Virus record (IMG/VR): IMGVR_UViG_3300025889_000109
Location: 1,292-65,291 of that record
Source: a virus
Lineage: Duplodnaviria > Caudoviricetes
Direction: 5' to 3' (one strand)
DNA length: 64,000 nucleotides
Below are positions 35,738 to 42,999 of this stretch, in pieces (the stretch's first letter is position 1; every line of letters begins with the position of its first letter). The position numbers and the translations under genes are program-made. The notes beneath the pieces are model-generated. The model made no database searches and was not told the origin of the DNA. It worked only from the letters and a program-made list of their open reading frames with translations.

Positions 35738-36060
35738 CACACATTGAGCAACTAGAAAAATTACTAAATGTAAAAATTATTGAAGACTGGGAGTGGAATT
35801 CTGAATTGCAAATCTATACTCAATCAACAGCCGATGGCTATGAAGTATATATAATAACTCATAACCCTAAAGAACTTGACTGGGAAAATGATGTATACTA
35901 TTACGAACCAAGCTTTGATGATATTATTGAACGCATTGAAGAAGTTGAAAGCTATAATGATGAACCTGCAATTATCTATTGTTCAGATATTGAACAATTC
36001 TTTAATGAATATGAAATAGAAAATTATATTGAACAACATAAAGACGAAGAAGATGACTAA
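35734..36060 (+). CDS. Very acidic early protein
   Basis: 108 aa, strongly Glu/Asp-rich. Confidence 0.6.
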   Translation: MTHIEQLEKLLNVKIIEDWEWNSELQIYTQSTADGYEVYIITHNPKELDWENDVYYYEPSFDDIIERIEEVESYNDEPAIIYCSDIEQFFNEYEIENYIEQHKDEEDD

Positions 36061-36258
36061 AACTAAAAAAGAAATGCCATATGATTTTTGGAACCACGGT
36101 ATTAATCCAATTTTAGGGTATAGATGGACACAACCACCTATGACACCACAAGAATCAAAACGTAATAAAAATGAATATCCAGAAATTGACGATTACAATC
36201 CAAACACGGAATACTCTGGATAATATTAACAAATAACAAACAATTAAAATTAAATATT

Positions 36259-36489
36259 ATGAACACACAATTACAAAATTACTTAGACCTGTTAAACAAA
36301 GTTGAACGCATTGAAAAATTAACTAATGGCGACTGGGATACAAGATACTATCTTGAAAAAATTATCCCACCACTTTGGGCCGATGGATTTGATGTTGAAG
36401 ATATAATTGATTACATAACAATTAAAATACACAGCACAATAACAAAGCTTGAAAACGAACAACAAATTATAACAACAAACACAAAATAA
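36259..36489 (+). CDS. Early hypothetical protein
   Basis: Downstream of promoter copy 7. Confidence 0.55.
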   Translation: MNTQLQNYLDLLNKVERIEKLTNGDWDTRYYLEKIIPPLWADGFDVEDIIDYITIKIHSTITKLENEQQIITTNTK

Positions 36490-36645
36490 TGGCAGGTAAT
36501 AAATTTGACACACAATTTGCTATACACAAACCAAAAATTTATAGCTTAACTTTCAAAGATTTGTATAATGAAGATTGTACAATGACTGGTACACCAAGTC
36601 AAGTTATAAACTATATACTTAAACAGCAACTATAATATATATAAT

Positions 36646-36827
36646 GGTCCTCTACCACGTTGGCTTCGGTGAGGATAAAGTAGCGTTTTAAGAGCCCAAT
36701 TAAAGGACACCATCATTACTATTATTTTTTTGTTTTCATTTGTGTGTTTGTTAATGCCCTCTTGGGCAGACGTAGCCGGAACGGTTAAGAAGGCTAGGTA
36801 GCCAGCGCCGAATAAAGCTGGCAATAT
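36646..36827 (+). ncRNA. Candidate structured sRNA with a U/G-rich tract antisense to early-gene leaders
   Basis: GC-rich island without a credible ORF; hairpins 36648-36675, 36755-36768, 36773-36796, 36801-36822; tract 36731-36753 complementary to TAACAAACACA..ATG leaders. Confidence 0.55.
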
Positions 36828-36916
36828 GGGCGTGCTAAATACTGACAAAGTTTGAAAATACACTATCGGTATCTATAGGGATGATAGAAGCGAGGGTTCG
36901 AGTCCCTCCACGCTCT
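36828..36916 (+). ncRNA. tRNA-like element (acceptor stem and T arm, no canonical D or anticodon arm)
   Basis: GGGCGTG pairs with CACGCTC; T arm GAGGG-TTCGAGT-CCCTC; internal CTATC/GATAG helix; no encoded CCA. Confidence 0.6.
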
Positions 36917-36936
36917 CTAAATTTAAATCAAACACT

Positions 36937-37206
36937 ATGACAAATCCAATTGACGATCGAATTGAGGCAAAGCTTATATCTAAAATTGCACATTATAGAT
37001 TAAATATTCGTACTCAATTCAGAAACAGACACAACGTTATGTGGCCCGAATTAACTTACAGAGTAATTATGGGTGACATTAAGAATTTAAGAGTATGGTT
37101 ACGCATAGCTGAATTAATCGATGCTGGGCAAGACCGTGTACCAAACAAATCAAAAACCCCGTATGCAATATACCCTGCATACTTAGCTAAACGATTAACA
37201 TTATGA
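36937..37206 (+). CDS. Hypothetical protein
   Basis: 89-aa ORF with AAACACT leader. Confidence 0.55.
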   Translation: MTNPIDDRIEAKLISKIAHYRLNIRTQFRNRHNVMWPELTYRVIMGDIKNLRVWLRIAELIDAGQDRVPNKSKTPYAIYPAYLAKRLTL

Positions 37207-37339
37207 TTATAGATGTACGATCTGAGTATTCAGTATTTATAACAATAGGTACTGAAACATATTATATAGACAATTCAACTGGTGAACATTTAATGGAACA
37301 CTGGGAAACTGATACCGAATATACTAAACCTTTATACTA

Positions 37340-37543
37340 ATGACAATACAAGATTTAAAACTATACGTTGAAATGAAAAAGAAACGTAATGCCGAAAAAT
37401 GGCAAGCTGAATGTGGTGTTCACGGTCATTGTAAACCATTGACTGATGCTGAATGGCAAAAATACCGTGACATTATATTTTCAGGTAAAGACAACTACAA
37501 AGTTAAATTTGCACATAACGAAATGTGGAATTTTACAAGGTAA
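37340..37543 (+). CDS. Hypothetical protein
   Basis: 67-aa ORF. Confidence 0.5.
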   Translation: MTIQDLKLYVEMKKKRNAEKWQAECGVHGHCKPLTDAEWQKYRDIIFSGKDNYKVKFAHNEMWNFTR

Positions 37544-37555
37544 ACACGAATAACT

Positions 37556-37969
37556 ATGGATATTTTAAACAGATACAAAGAAAAGACTTCACCTAAATAC
37601 ATATTAAATTTAGTTGAAAAAGAATTGAATTTACCAAACCTAAAATCTGAAATACGTACACGTGAACGTGTTCAAGCTAGATTTATATATTTTAAATTAG
37701 CTAGAACATTTTGTATGTATTCAAGCTTATCAGCTATAGGCCGTGAGGTAAATCGTGATCATGCTACAGTACTACATGGACTAAGTAGATATGATGAAGA
37801 AGCTAAATACGACATTTATATGGAAGACGTATACAATAAAATATATAATGATATTGTATTGACTAAGTTGCCACCAGCTAAAGAAAAAAATATAGACAAA
37901 GTATTCAAAGATATTATATACCGATTAACTAAATTAGAAAACCAATTAAATGCTATACCCAATGATTAA
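37556..37969 (+). CDS. DnaA C-terminal-like HTH DNA-binding protein
   Basis: R.R..VQARFIY..LAR...SLSAIGREVNRDHATVLHG matches the DnaA domain IV signature. Confidence 0.75.
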   Translation: MDILNRYKEKTSPKYILNLVEKELNLPNLKSEIRTRERVQARFIYFKLARTFCMYSSLSAIGREVNRDHATVLHGLSRYDEEAKYDIYMEDVYNKIYNDIVLTKLPPAKEKNIDKVFKDIIYRLTKLENQLNAIPND

Positions 37970-38186
37970 ATTAAAACAAGAAACAGTAAATGTTAACTCA
38001 GCTGCAATTAAAACTGCTGATTACGATTATGAATTGAATATGTTAACCCTTACATTCAATAACGATAGACAATATGATTACTTTAATGTTGAGCCTTATG
38101 TATATGAAGGTATGAGAAATTCTAATTCTATTGGTAGTTTTATTAATAGAAATATTATTCGTAAACACAATTATGCGCAAAAATAA
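37962..38186 (+). CDS. KTSC domain protein
   Basis: V.S.AI....YD.....L.L.F.....Y.Y..V....Y......S.GSFIN..I. Confidence 0.8.
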   Translation: MIKLKQETVNVNSAAIKTADYDYELNMLTLTFNNDRQYDYFNVEPYVYEGMRNSNSIGSFINRNIIRKHNYAQK

Positions 38187-38379
38187 TATGAGACGTCAAA
38201 CATTACAAGAAATATCTGAAGCTATTTGGGGTTTTACATTAAACCTCAATAGCGGATATTATCACGATAACGGTATACAAGATACTGATGCAATGCATCT
38301 TGATGATATTGTAATTGCCTGTAAAGAAGTAACTAATAAAGCAACTGAAATATATAAATTAATAAATGATAAAGAATGA
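38173..38379 (+). CDS. Hypothetical protein
   Basis: ORF in the operon; start uncertain. Confidence 0.45.
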   Translation: MRKNNMRRQTLQEISEAIWGFTLNLNSGYYHDNGIQDTDAMHLDDIVIACKEVTNKATEIYKLINDKE

Positions 38380-38651
38380 ATTTATCTGATGAAGAATTAA
38401 ATAAAATAGCTGATCTATTATTTCAAAAATTAATTGAACATCAAAATAAATATGAACAACAAACTAGTACATATATTATTAATGATGAATTTGGTAATAA
38501 TAGAACTGTAGATGAATTAGAATATTTACATTTTGAATTACATAAGCTTGAATCATTAGAAACAAAATATGTTGAAGATGAAGATTATGAGAAAGCTAGT
38601 ATAATTAAAAATAAAATTAGACACATAATAAACAAAATTAATAAACTATGA
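38376..38651 (+). CDS. Hypothetical protein with a C-terminal UVR-like motif
   Basis: VEDEDYEKASIIKNKI. Confidence 0.55.
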   Translation: MNLSDEELNKIADLLFQKLIEHQNKYEQQTSTYIINDEFGNNRTVDELEYLHFELHKLESLETKYVEDEDYEKASIIKNKIRHIINKINKL

Positions 38652-39151
38652 ATATTTTTTATCTATCACATGATCCTGAATTAGCAGCAAGCTATCATTA
38701 TAATAAGCATATTGTTAAAATGCCATTAGAAGCTGCCCAAATGCTTTGTACTGCGCATCATGTATTAGGCGAACAATATGGCTATGACACATCATATGTA
38801 CCTTATCGGAAAGCACATGTTAATCATCCATCAACTATATGGGCACGTTCAGAACGTTTACATTATGAATGGTTATATGACTATATGATAAATTTAGGGC
38901 GCTTATATACAGAACGTTACAGTAGACAGCATTTAACTATTGAAAAATGTCGTGATATATTATTTGCACCACCGGAAGGTATACCTGATTCCGGCTACTG
39001 GCAAGACCCACCTCAATGTATGCCAGACGAATATAAATCCAATAATGCTATACACGCTTACTGGAATTACTATATTAACGATAAAAAACGAATAGTAGCA
39101 AAAGATGAAATACCTTATAATTCTATTCCTGCTGACATTTTATACGTCTAA
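38648..39151 (+). CDS. Pyrimidine-dimer DNA glycosylase-like (DenV-related) protein
   Basis: MNIFYL..DP..AA....KHIVKM.LE.AQML.TAH, H.NHPSTIW, PPQCMPDEYK. Confidence 0.75.
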   Translation: MNIFYLSHDPELAASYHYNKHIVKMPLEAAQMLCTAHHVLGEQYGYDTSYVPYRKAHVNHPSTIWARSERLHYEWLYDYMINLGRLYTERYSRQHLTIEKCRDILFAPPEGIPDSGYWQDPPQCMPDEYKSNNAIHAYWNYYINDKKRIVAKDEIPYNSIPADILYV

Positions 39152-39473
39152 AGAAGTAAAAGTTACAGCTACAATATACCATGCTGTTCCTGAACAAACC
39201 AATTCAACCCCTGATCGTACAGCCACAATGTTTAAAATAGATTTAAAAAATCCTAGAAAACATAATATAATAGCTGTATCAAGAGATTTAGAAGCATTAG
39301 GCTTTGAAATGGGTACACAAGTGATTGTGTCTGGCGCTGGAGATCTTGATGGTATTTGGAATATAGAAGATAGAATGAATAAAAGATGGACTAAAAGAAT
39401 TGATTTTTTGGTTAATACTACTCGGGAAGGTGGAAAATGGGAAAATGTAATAATTAAAAAATTAAACAAATGA
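39105..39473 (+). CDS. Secreted 3D-domain (peptidoglycan hydrolase-like) protein
   Basis: Signal peptide; TAT.Y...QT..TP..TA, IAVSRDL, EDRMN.R...RIDF. Confidence 0.7.
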   Translation: MKYLIILFLLTFYTSKEVKVTATIYHAVPEQTNSTPDRTATMFKIDLKNPRKHNIIAVSRDLEALGFEMGTQVIVSGAGDLDGIWNIEDRMNKRWTKRIDFLVNTTREGGKWENVIIKKLNK

Positions 39474-39533
39474 GTTACAAGCTGTACAAGCATTTAATTA
39501 AATCTAATTATGCTAACGTAAAAAAGAAAACCG

Positions 39534-39743
39534 ATGATTTTAAAAAGATTAAAAAGTCGAAAGACGATTCACGTGAACAAGATTAGAGATCATATATTTA
39601 ATATGCATATGTCTTTAAGCCATAAGGCAAAAATATTAGATGAATTAAAAGGAAAAGAATTAAAACAAAAAGTAAAAGAAATACAAAGTATTTCAAAACG
39701 CATGAAGCAATATCAAAGATATTTAAGTTTGATATTGATGTGA
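39534..39743 (+). CDS. Basic hypothetical protein
   Basis: 69-aa ORF. Confidence 0.45.
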   Translation: MILKRLKSRKTIHVNKIRDHIFNMHMSLSHKAKILDELKGKELKQKVKEIQSISKRMKQYQRYLSLILM

Positions 39744-39750
39744 TCGTAAC

Positions 39751-39803
39751 AAAAATGTGACGATAGCGTATTAATTATATATAAGTAGCAGGCTAATGTC
39801 GCA
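39751..39803. promoter_or_regulatory. Imperfect palindrome, copy 2, overlapping the ATG of 39796
   Basis: TGTGACGATAGC-N24-GCTAATGTCGCA. Confidence 0.75.
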
Positions 39804-40413
39804 TAGAAACTTAAATTATTTTCACCGGAATAGAATAGTCTATAGACGAGATCCTATAAATGATACCCCTACTGAAATTTTTAGTTGGGGTAAATTTTAT
39901 AAAAGTGGTACTTATGAATGTTATCATTTATTTAGAAATTCTTCTAAAATAAATACGTTTAAATCATTTAAATGGCATATATTTGTATTATGGTACTTAA
40001 ATCCTAATATGAATAAAGAAGATATTTTAGCTTTAGCAAATCATATGGCTAATAAAGATAATGGATTTATAAGTATCAAGCTAAGTAATAACGCCATTAC
40101 AAACCTAATTGATGAAATTTATAAACTTGACCTTGATCAACCACCAAAAAACAAAATGCGTAAAATAATATTTAATGATCATTCAGGGCTAGAAACAAAT
40201 GAGAAGTTGAGCATCGTAGGTAAATTAATAGGTAAGACTAGATTAGCGGAACCAGAAGATATATATGAAGCAATGTTGCATATACATGATGAAAGTAAAA
40301 AAATAACTATATCAAAGATTGCAAAAATGCTTAATGTATCTACAAGAACAATTTATAGGAATATTACTAATGAAATTAGAGAGGAAAAGATTCTATTAAA
40401 TGAAGAAGTATAA
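39796..40413 (+). CDS. DNA-binding protein with a C-terminal HTH (candidate replication initiator or regulator)
   Basis: ITISKIAKMLNVSTRTIYRN. Confidence 0.65.
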   Translation: MSHRNLNYFHRNRIVYRRDPINDTPTEIFSWGKFYKSGTYECYHLFRNSSKINTFKSFKWHIFVLWYLNPNMNKEDILALANHMANKDNGFISIKLSNNAITNLIDEIYKLDLDQPPKNKMRKIIFNDHSGLETNEKLSIVGKLIGKTRLAEPEDIYEAMLHIHDESKKITISKIAKMLNVSTRTIYRNITNEIREEKILLNEEV

Positions 40414-41131
40414 TGTAGAAAATTATATCCGTTATAAAAATGATTTAGACGAGACTCTTCAAAGAAAAATAAAAAATGAAAGAGAAAAAATAATAGTTGA
40501 AAATTTGCCATTAGTTGAAACTATTGCACGTAAGTTTTCTACATCTGATCAAGCATCAGGTGTTTTAGACATTACAGATATGATACAGGAAGGATCAATT
40601 GGATTAATATATGCTGTAGATCGTATTGATTGGGGAACAATAACTGATTCAGTTGATCCGGAACGTACATTGAAATCATTTCTATCAAAGCGAATTAAAG
40701 GTGCTATCCGTAGAGCTATTGATATTAATAGAGGAAATATTAGAATACCTGAACATAAATTAAATGATATGCGCAGAAATTCTGAACAAGAAAAGAAAAC
40801 TATTGAATTATTTTTTAATAGTATATTTTCTAGTATAGACAATGATGAAGAAAAGTTTATGCAGATAGAAGATAAAACAAAAGAATATAATATAGATATT
40901 CTTAATAAATATCTTTTAGGCATAATGGAAGCACACTTAAATATAAAAGAATATGATGTGCTGCGTATGAGCTACGGTCTTGACTGTGATAAAATGTCCG
41001 CTAAAGAAATTGCGGATAAATTAAAAATAGACGGGACGGCTGCTTATGTACGTATTTCGCAGATAAAACGTGATGCAATTAATAAATTAATAGAGAACGT
41101 AGATCCTGCGCAAGTAATTGATTTTGTGTAA
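40400..41131 (+). CDS. Phage RNA polymerase sigma-70-family factor
   Basis: ENLPLVETIARKF..DMIQEGSIGLIYAVDR..IKGAIRRAI..IRIP (region 2); VLRMSYGL..EIA..RISQIK..AI.KL (region 4). Confidence 0.9.
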   Translation: MKKYNVENYIRYKNDLDETLQRKIKNEREKIIVENLPLVETIARKFSTSDQASGVLDITDMIQEGSIGLIYAVDRIDWGTITDSVDPERTLKSFLSKRIKGAIRRAIDINRGNIRIPEHKLNDMRRNSEQEKKTIELFFNSIFSSIDNDEEKFMQIEDKTKEYNIDILNKYLLGIMEAHLNIKEYDVLRMSYGLDCDKMSAKEIADKLKIDGTAAYVRISQIKRDAINKLIENVDPAQVIDFV

Positions 41132-41168
41132 GTTATGATTCAAAATCAATGTAAGTTTGAGTTTAATC

Positions 41169-41183
41169 ATGTAATATATATAA
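41169..41183 (+). promoter_or_regulatory. Candidate middle/late promoter core ATGTAATA
   Basis: The same (A/G)YGTAATA core precedes operons on the minus strand at 61512, 29623, 32290, 32429 and 32456. Confidence 0.45.
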
Positions 41184-41184
41184 T

Positions 41185-41724
41185 ATGACAATTCACGAAA
41201 AATTAAGTTTAATTCAATCTGAGTTTAAAGCAAAAAAATCTCGCTATAACTCATTCGGCAAATACAACTTTAGATCAGCCGAAGATATTCTTGAAGCACT
41301 TAAACCATTTAATGAGAAGTATAAAGTATACTTTACAGTAAATGAGCAATGGTTAGGCGATGGCGTAATAGAATCTACAGCAACAATTTTTGATGCTGAT
41401 GGAGCAAATTTTATTTCCGCTAGCGCTTTAGTTGGTGTAGACTTTAATCAAAAAGGAATGCAAGTACCACAGCAATTTGGTTCTGCGTCTTCTTATGGTA
41501 AAAAGTATGCACTTGGAAATTTATTGTTAATAGATGATACTGCTGATGCTGACGCAACTAATACGCATGGTAAAGAATCTAAACCTAGATTAATTAAAGG
41601 TACAGACAATTGGACAAAAGCAATTAGTTTTGTTGAATCAGGAGGAGCGTTAAAAGCAATAATGAGTAAATACGATGTGTCATCAGATGACATGCTAACA
41701 CTAAAAGTACATGAACCAAAGTGA
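41185..41724 (+). CDS. ERF-family ssDNA annealing protein
   Basis: K...N.FGKY.FRSAEDILEA.KP, Q..GSASSYGKKYAL..L..IDDT.DAD. Confidence 0.85.
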   Translation: MTIHEKLSLIQSEFKAKKSRYNSFGKYNFRSAEDILEALKPFNEKYKVYFTVNEQWLGDGVIESTATIFDADGANFISASALVGVDFNQKGMQVPQQFGSASSYGKKYALGNLLLIDDTADADATNTHGKESKPRLIKGTDNWTKAISFVESGGALKAIMSKYDVSSDDMLTLKVHEPK

Positions 41725-42442
41725 AATAGTTGAGAAGCTTAAAGATGATAACCATTATTATGGAGAATTTGGATATCAATATTTAAGTAACTCAGACATT
41801 TCCGTATTACTAAGTAATCCATTAAATTTTAAAAAGCCATCAGAATCAAATCCGGCTTTTTTAGTAGGTGGTTATTTTCATACTTGTATTTTAGAACCTG
41901 ATAAATTAAAAAAGTATAAGGTTATAGAATCTTCAACACGTAATACAAAGCAATACAAAGAATTATCTGAAGGAGAGCTTTGTTTATTACAGCATGAAGT
42001 TGATATGATAGAAGTAATGCGAGACAAACTATTTGCAAATTCAATTTGTAGAGAATTTATTCAAAACAAAACAAACGATTATGAGCAACCTGGTATTGTA
42101 AAATTAGAAGGCAATATGTGGAAAGGTAAAGCAGACATAATCAATCATGATGAAAAGCTAATAATTGATTTAAAAACAACAAGTGATGTTACAAAATTTA
42201 GATCAAGTGCTTATCGTTATAATTATGATAGTCAAGCATTTATATATAGAAAGATGTTTGGATATGATTTTTTATTCATAGCTATAGATAAAAATACGCA
42301 TCAAATTGGTATCTTTGATTGTTCAGATAGATTTTATGAATCTGGTTTAGACAAAGTAAAGAGAGCAACTGAGGTTTATGAATTATTCTATAAGACAGAT
42401 GGATTCGATCCATCACAATATTTTTTAACTAAAACACTTTAA
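41711..42442 (+). CDS. PD-(D/E)XK exonuclease (RecE/Exo VIII-like)
   Basis: LSNSD, G..FH..ILEP, KGKADI...IDLKTT, Y.SQA..Y. Confidence 0.8.
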   Translation: MNQSEIVEKLKDDNHYYGEFGYQYLSNSDISVLLSNPLNFKKPSESNPAFLVGGYFHTCILEPDKLKKYKVIESSTRNTKQYKELSEGELCLLQHEVDMIEVMRDKLFANSICREFIQNKTNDYEQPGIVKLEGNMWKGKADIINHDEKLIIDLKTTSDVTKFRSSAYRYNYDSQAFIYRKMFGYDFLFIAIDKNTHQIGIFDCSDRFYESGLDKVKRATEVYELFYKTDGFDPSQYFLTKTL

Positions 42443-42449
42443 TTTTATT

Positions 42450-42617
42450 ATGGCACGAACTAGAAAAAGAACTTGCACTGTAACAGGAATTACAACAAGT
42501 GAAAACAATTTTTACAATGGTCATAACCATGTAAAAGCAGTAGACAATTTACGACGCATGACTGGAGCTAATAAAGAACAGTTACGCAGAATGTTTAATC
42601 AATTAGCTACATATTAA
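42450..42617 (+). CDS. Small hypothetical protein (55 aa)
   Basis: MARTRKRTCTVTG...; fills a gap in the operon. Confidence 0.55.
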   Translation: MARTRKRTCTVTGITTSENNFYNGHNHVKAVDNLRRMTGANKEQLRRMFNQLATY

Positions 42618-42619
42618 TT

Positions 42620-42931
42620 ATGGCTGGTATTATTAAAACAAGTATTAACCTAAGCGCAATTCCAAAAGATAAAATTATTGATGGAAAGAAAGGTAAATAC
42701 TTGCCGATTACAATTACTATAAACAATGAAGTTGACCAATTTGGTAATCAAGGGCCAGTAATTGTATCACAAACAAAAGAAGAACGTGATGCTAAATCAG
42801 AAAAAGTTTATTTAGGTAATGCACAAGTTGTATGGACAGATGGACAATTTCCACAACCAGCTCCACGTGAAGGACAGACTTCTCAACCTCAACAACAATC
42901 AATAGTACAAGAAAATGACTTACCGTTCTAA
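42620..42931 (+). CDS. Single-stranded DNA-binding protein (putative)
   Basis: Pro/Gln-rich linker and C-terminal DLPF tail. Confidence 0.7.
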   Translation: MAGIIKTSINLSAIPKDKIIDGKKGKYLPITITINNEVDQFGNQGPVIVSQTKEERDAKSEKVYLGNAQVVWTDGQFPQPAPREGQTSQPQQQSIVQENDLPF

Positions 42932-42999
42932 TTTTGACGAAGATGTTTTTAATATAGAAGTTGATGAAGATGGTACTATAATAGTAGTAGAAGACTGAT

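Larger units (their letters stand above)
32568..37565 (+). promoter_or_regulatory. Eight copies of a 33-bp phage early-promoter-like motif TTACAA-N3-AAACACGA-N8-GGATAATA
   Basis: Starts at 32568, 32646, 32851, 33288, 34679, 34950, 36193 and 37533; identical spacing; mostly just upstream of small ORFs. Confidence 0.85.

Noticed and set aside
36630-36863. 77-aa minus-strand ORF in the ORF track
   Set aside because: Antisense to the early arm, overlaps the hairpins and has no recognisable motif; better explained as ncRNA
36828-36916. Canonical or amber-suppressor tRNA and genetic code reassignment
   Set aside because: No proper D arm or 5-bp anticodon stem around CTA; long genes read through in the standard code
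36646-36916. Full tmRNA or self-cleaving ribozyme
   Set aside because: No G3-U70 pair, tag ORF or hammerhead CUGAUGA core could be identified by eye
32568-37565. Repeated 33-bp motif as a CRISPR array
   Set aside because: Spacing is irregular (78 bp to about 1.4 kb), the intervals contain ORFs, conservation is limited to three boxes, and there are no cas genes
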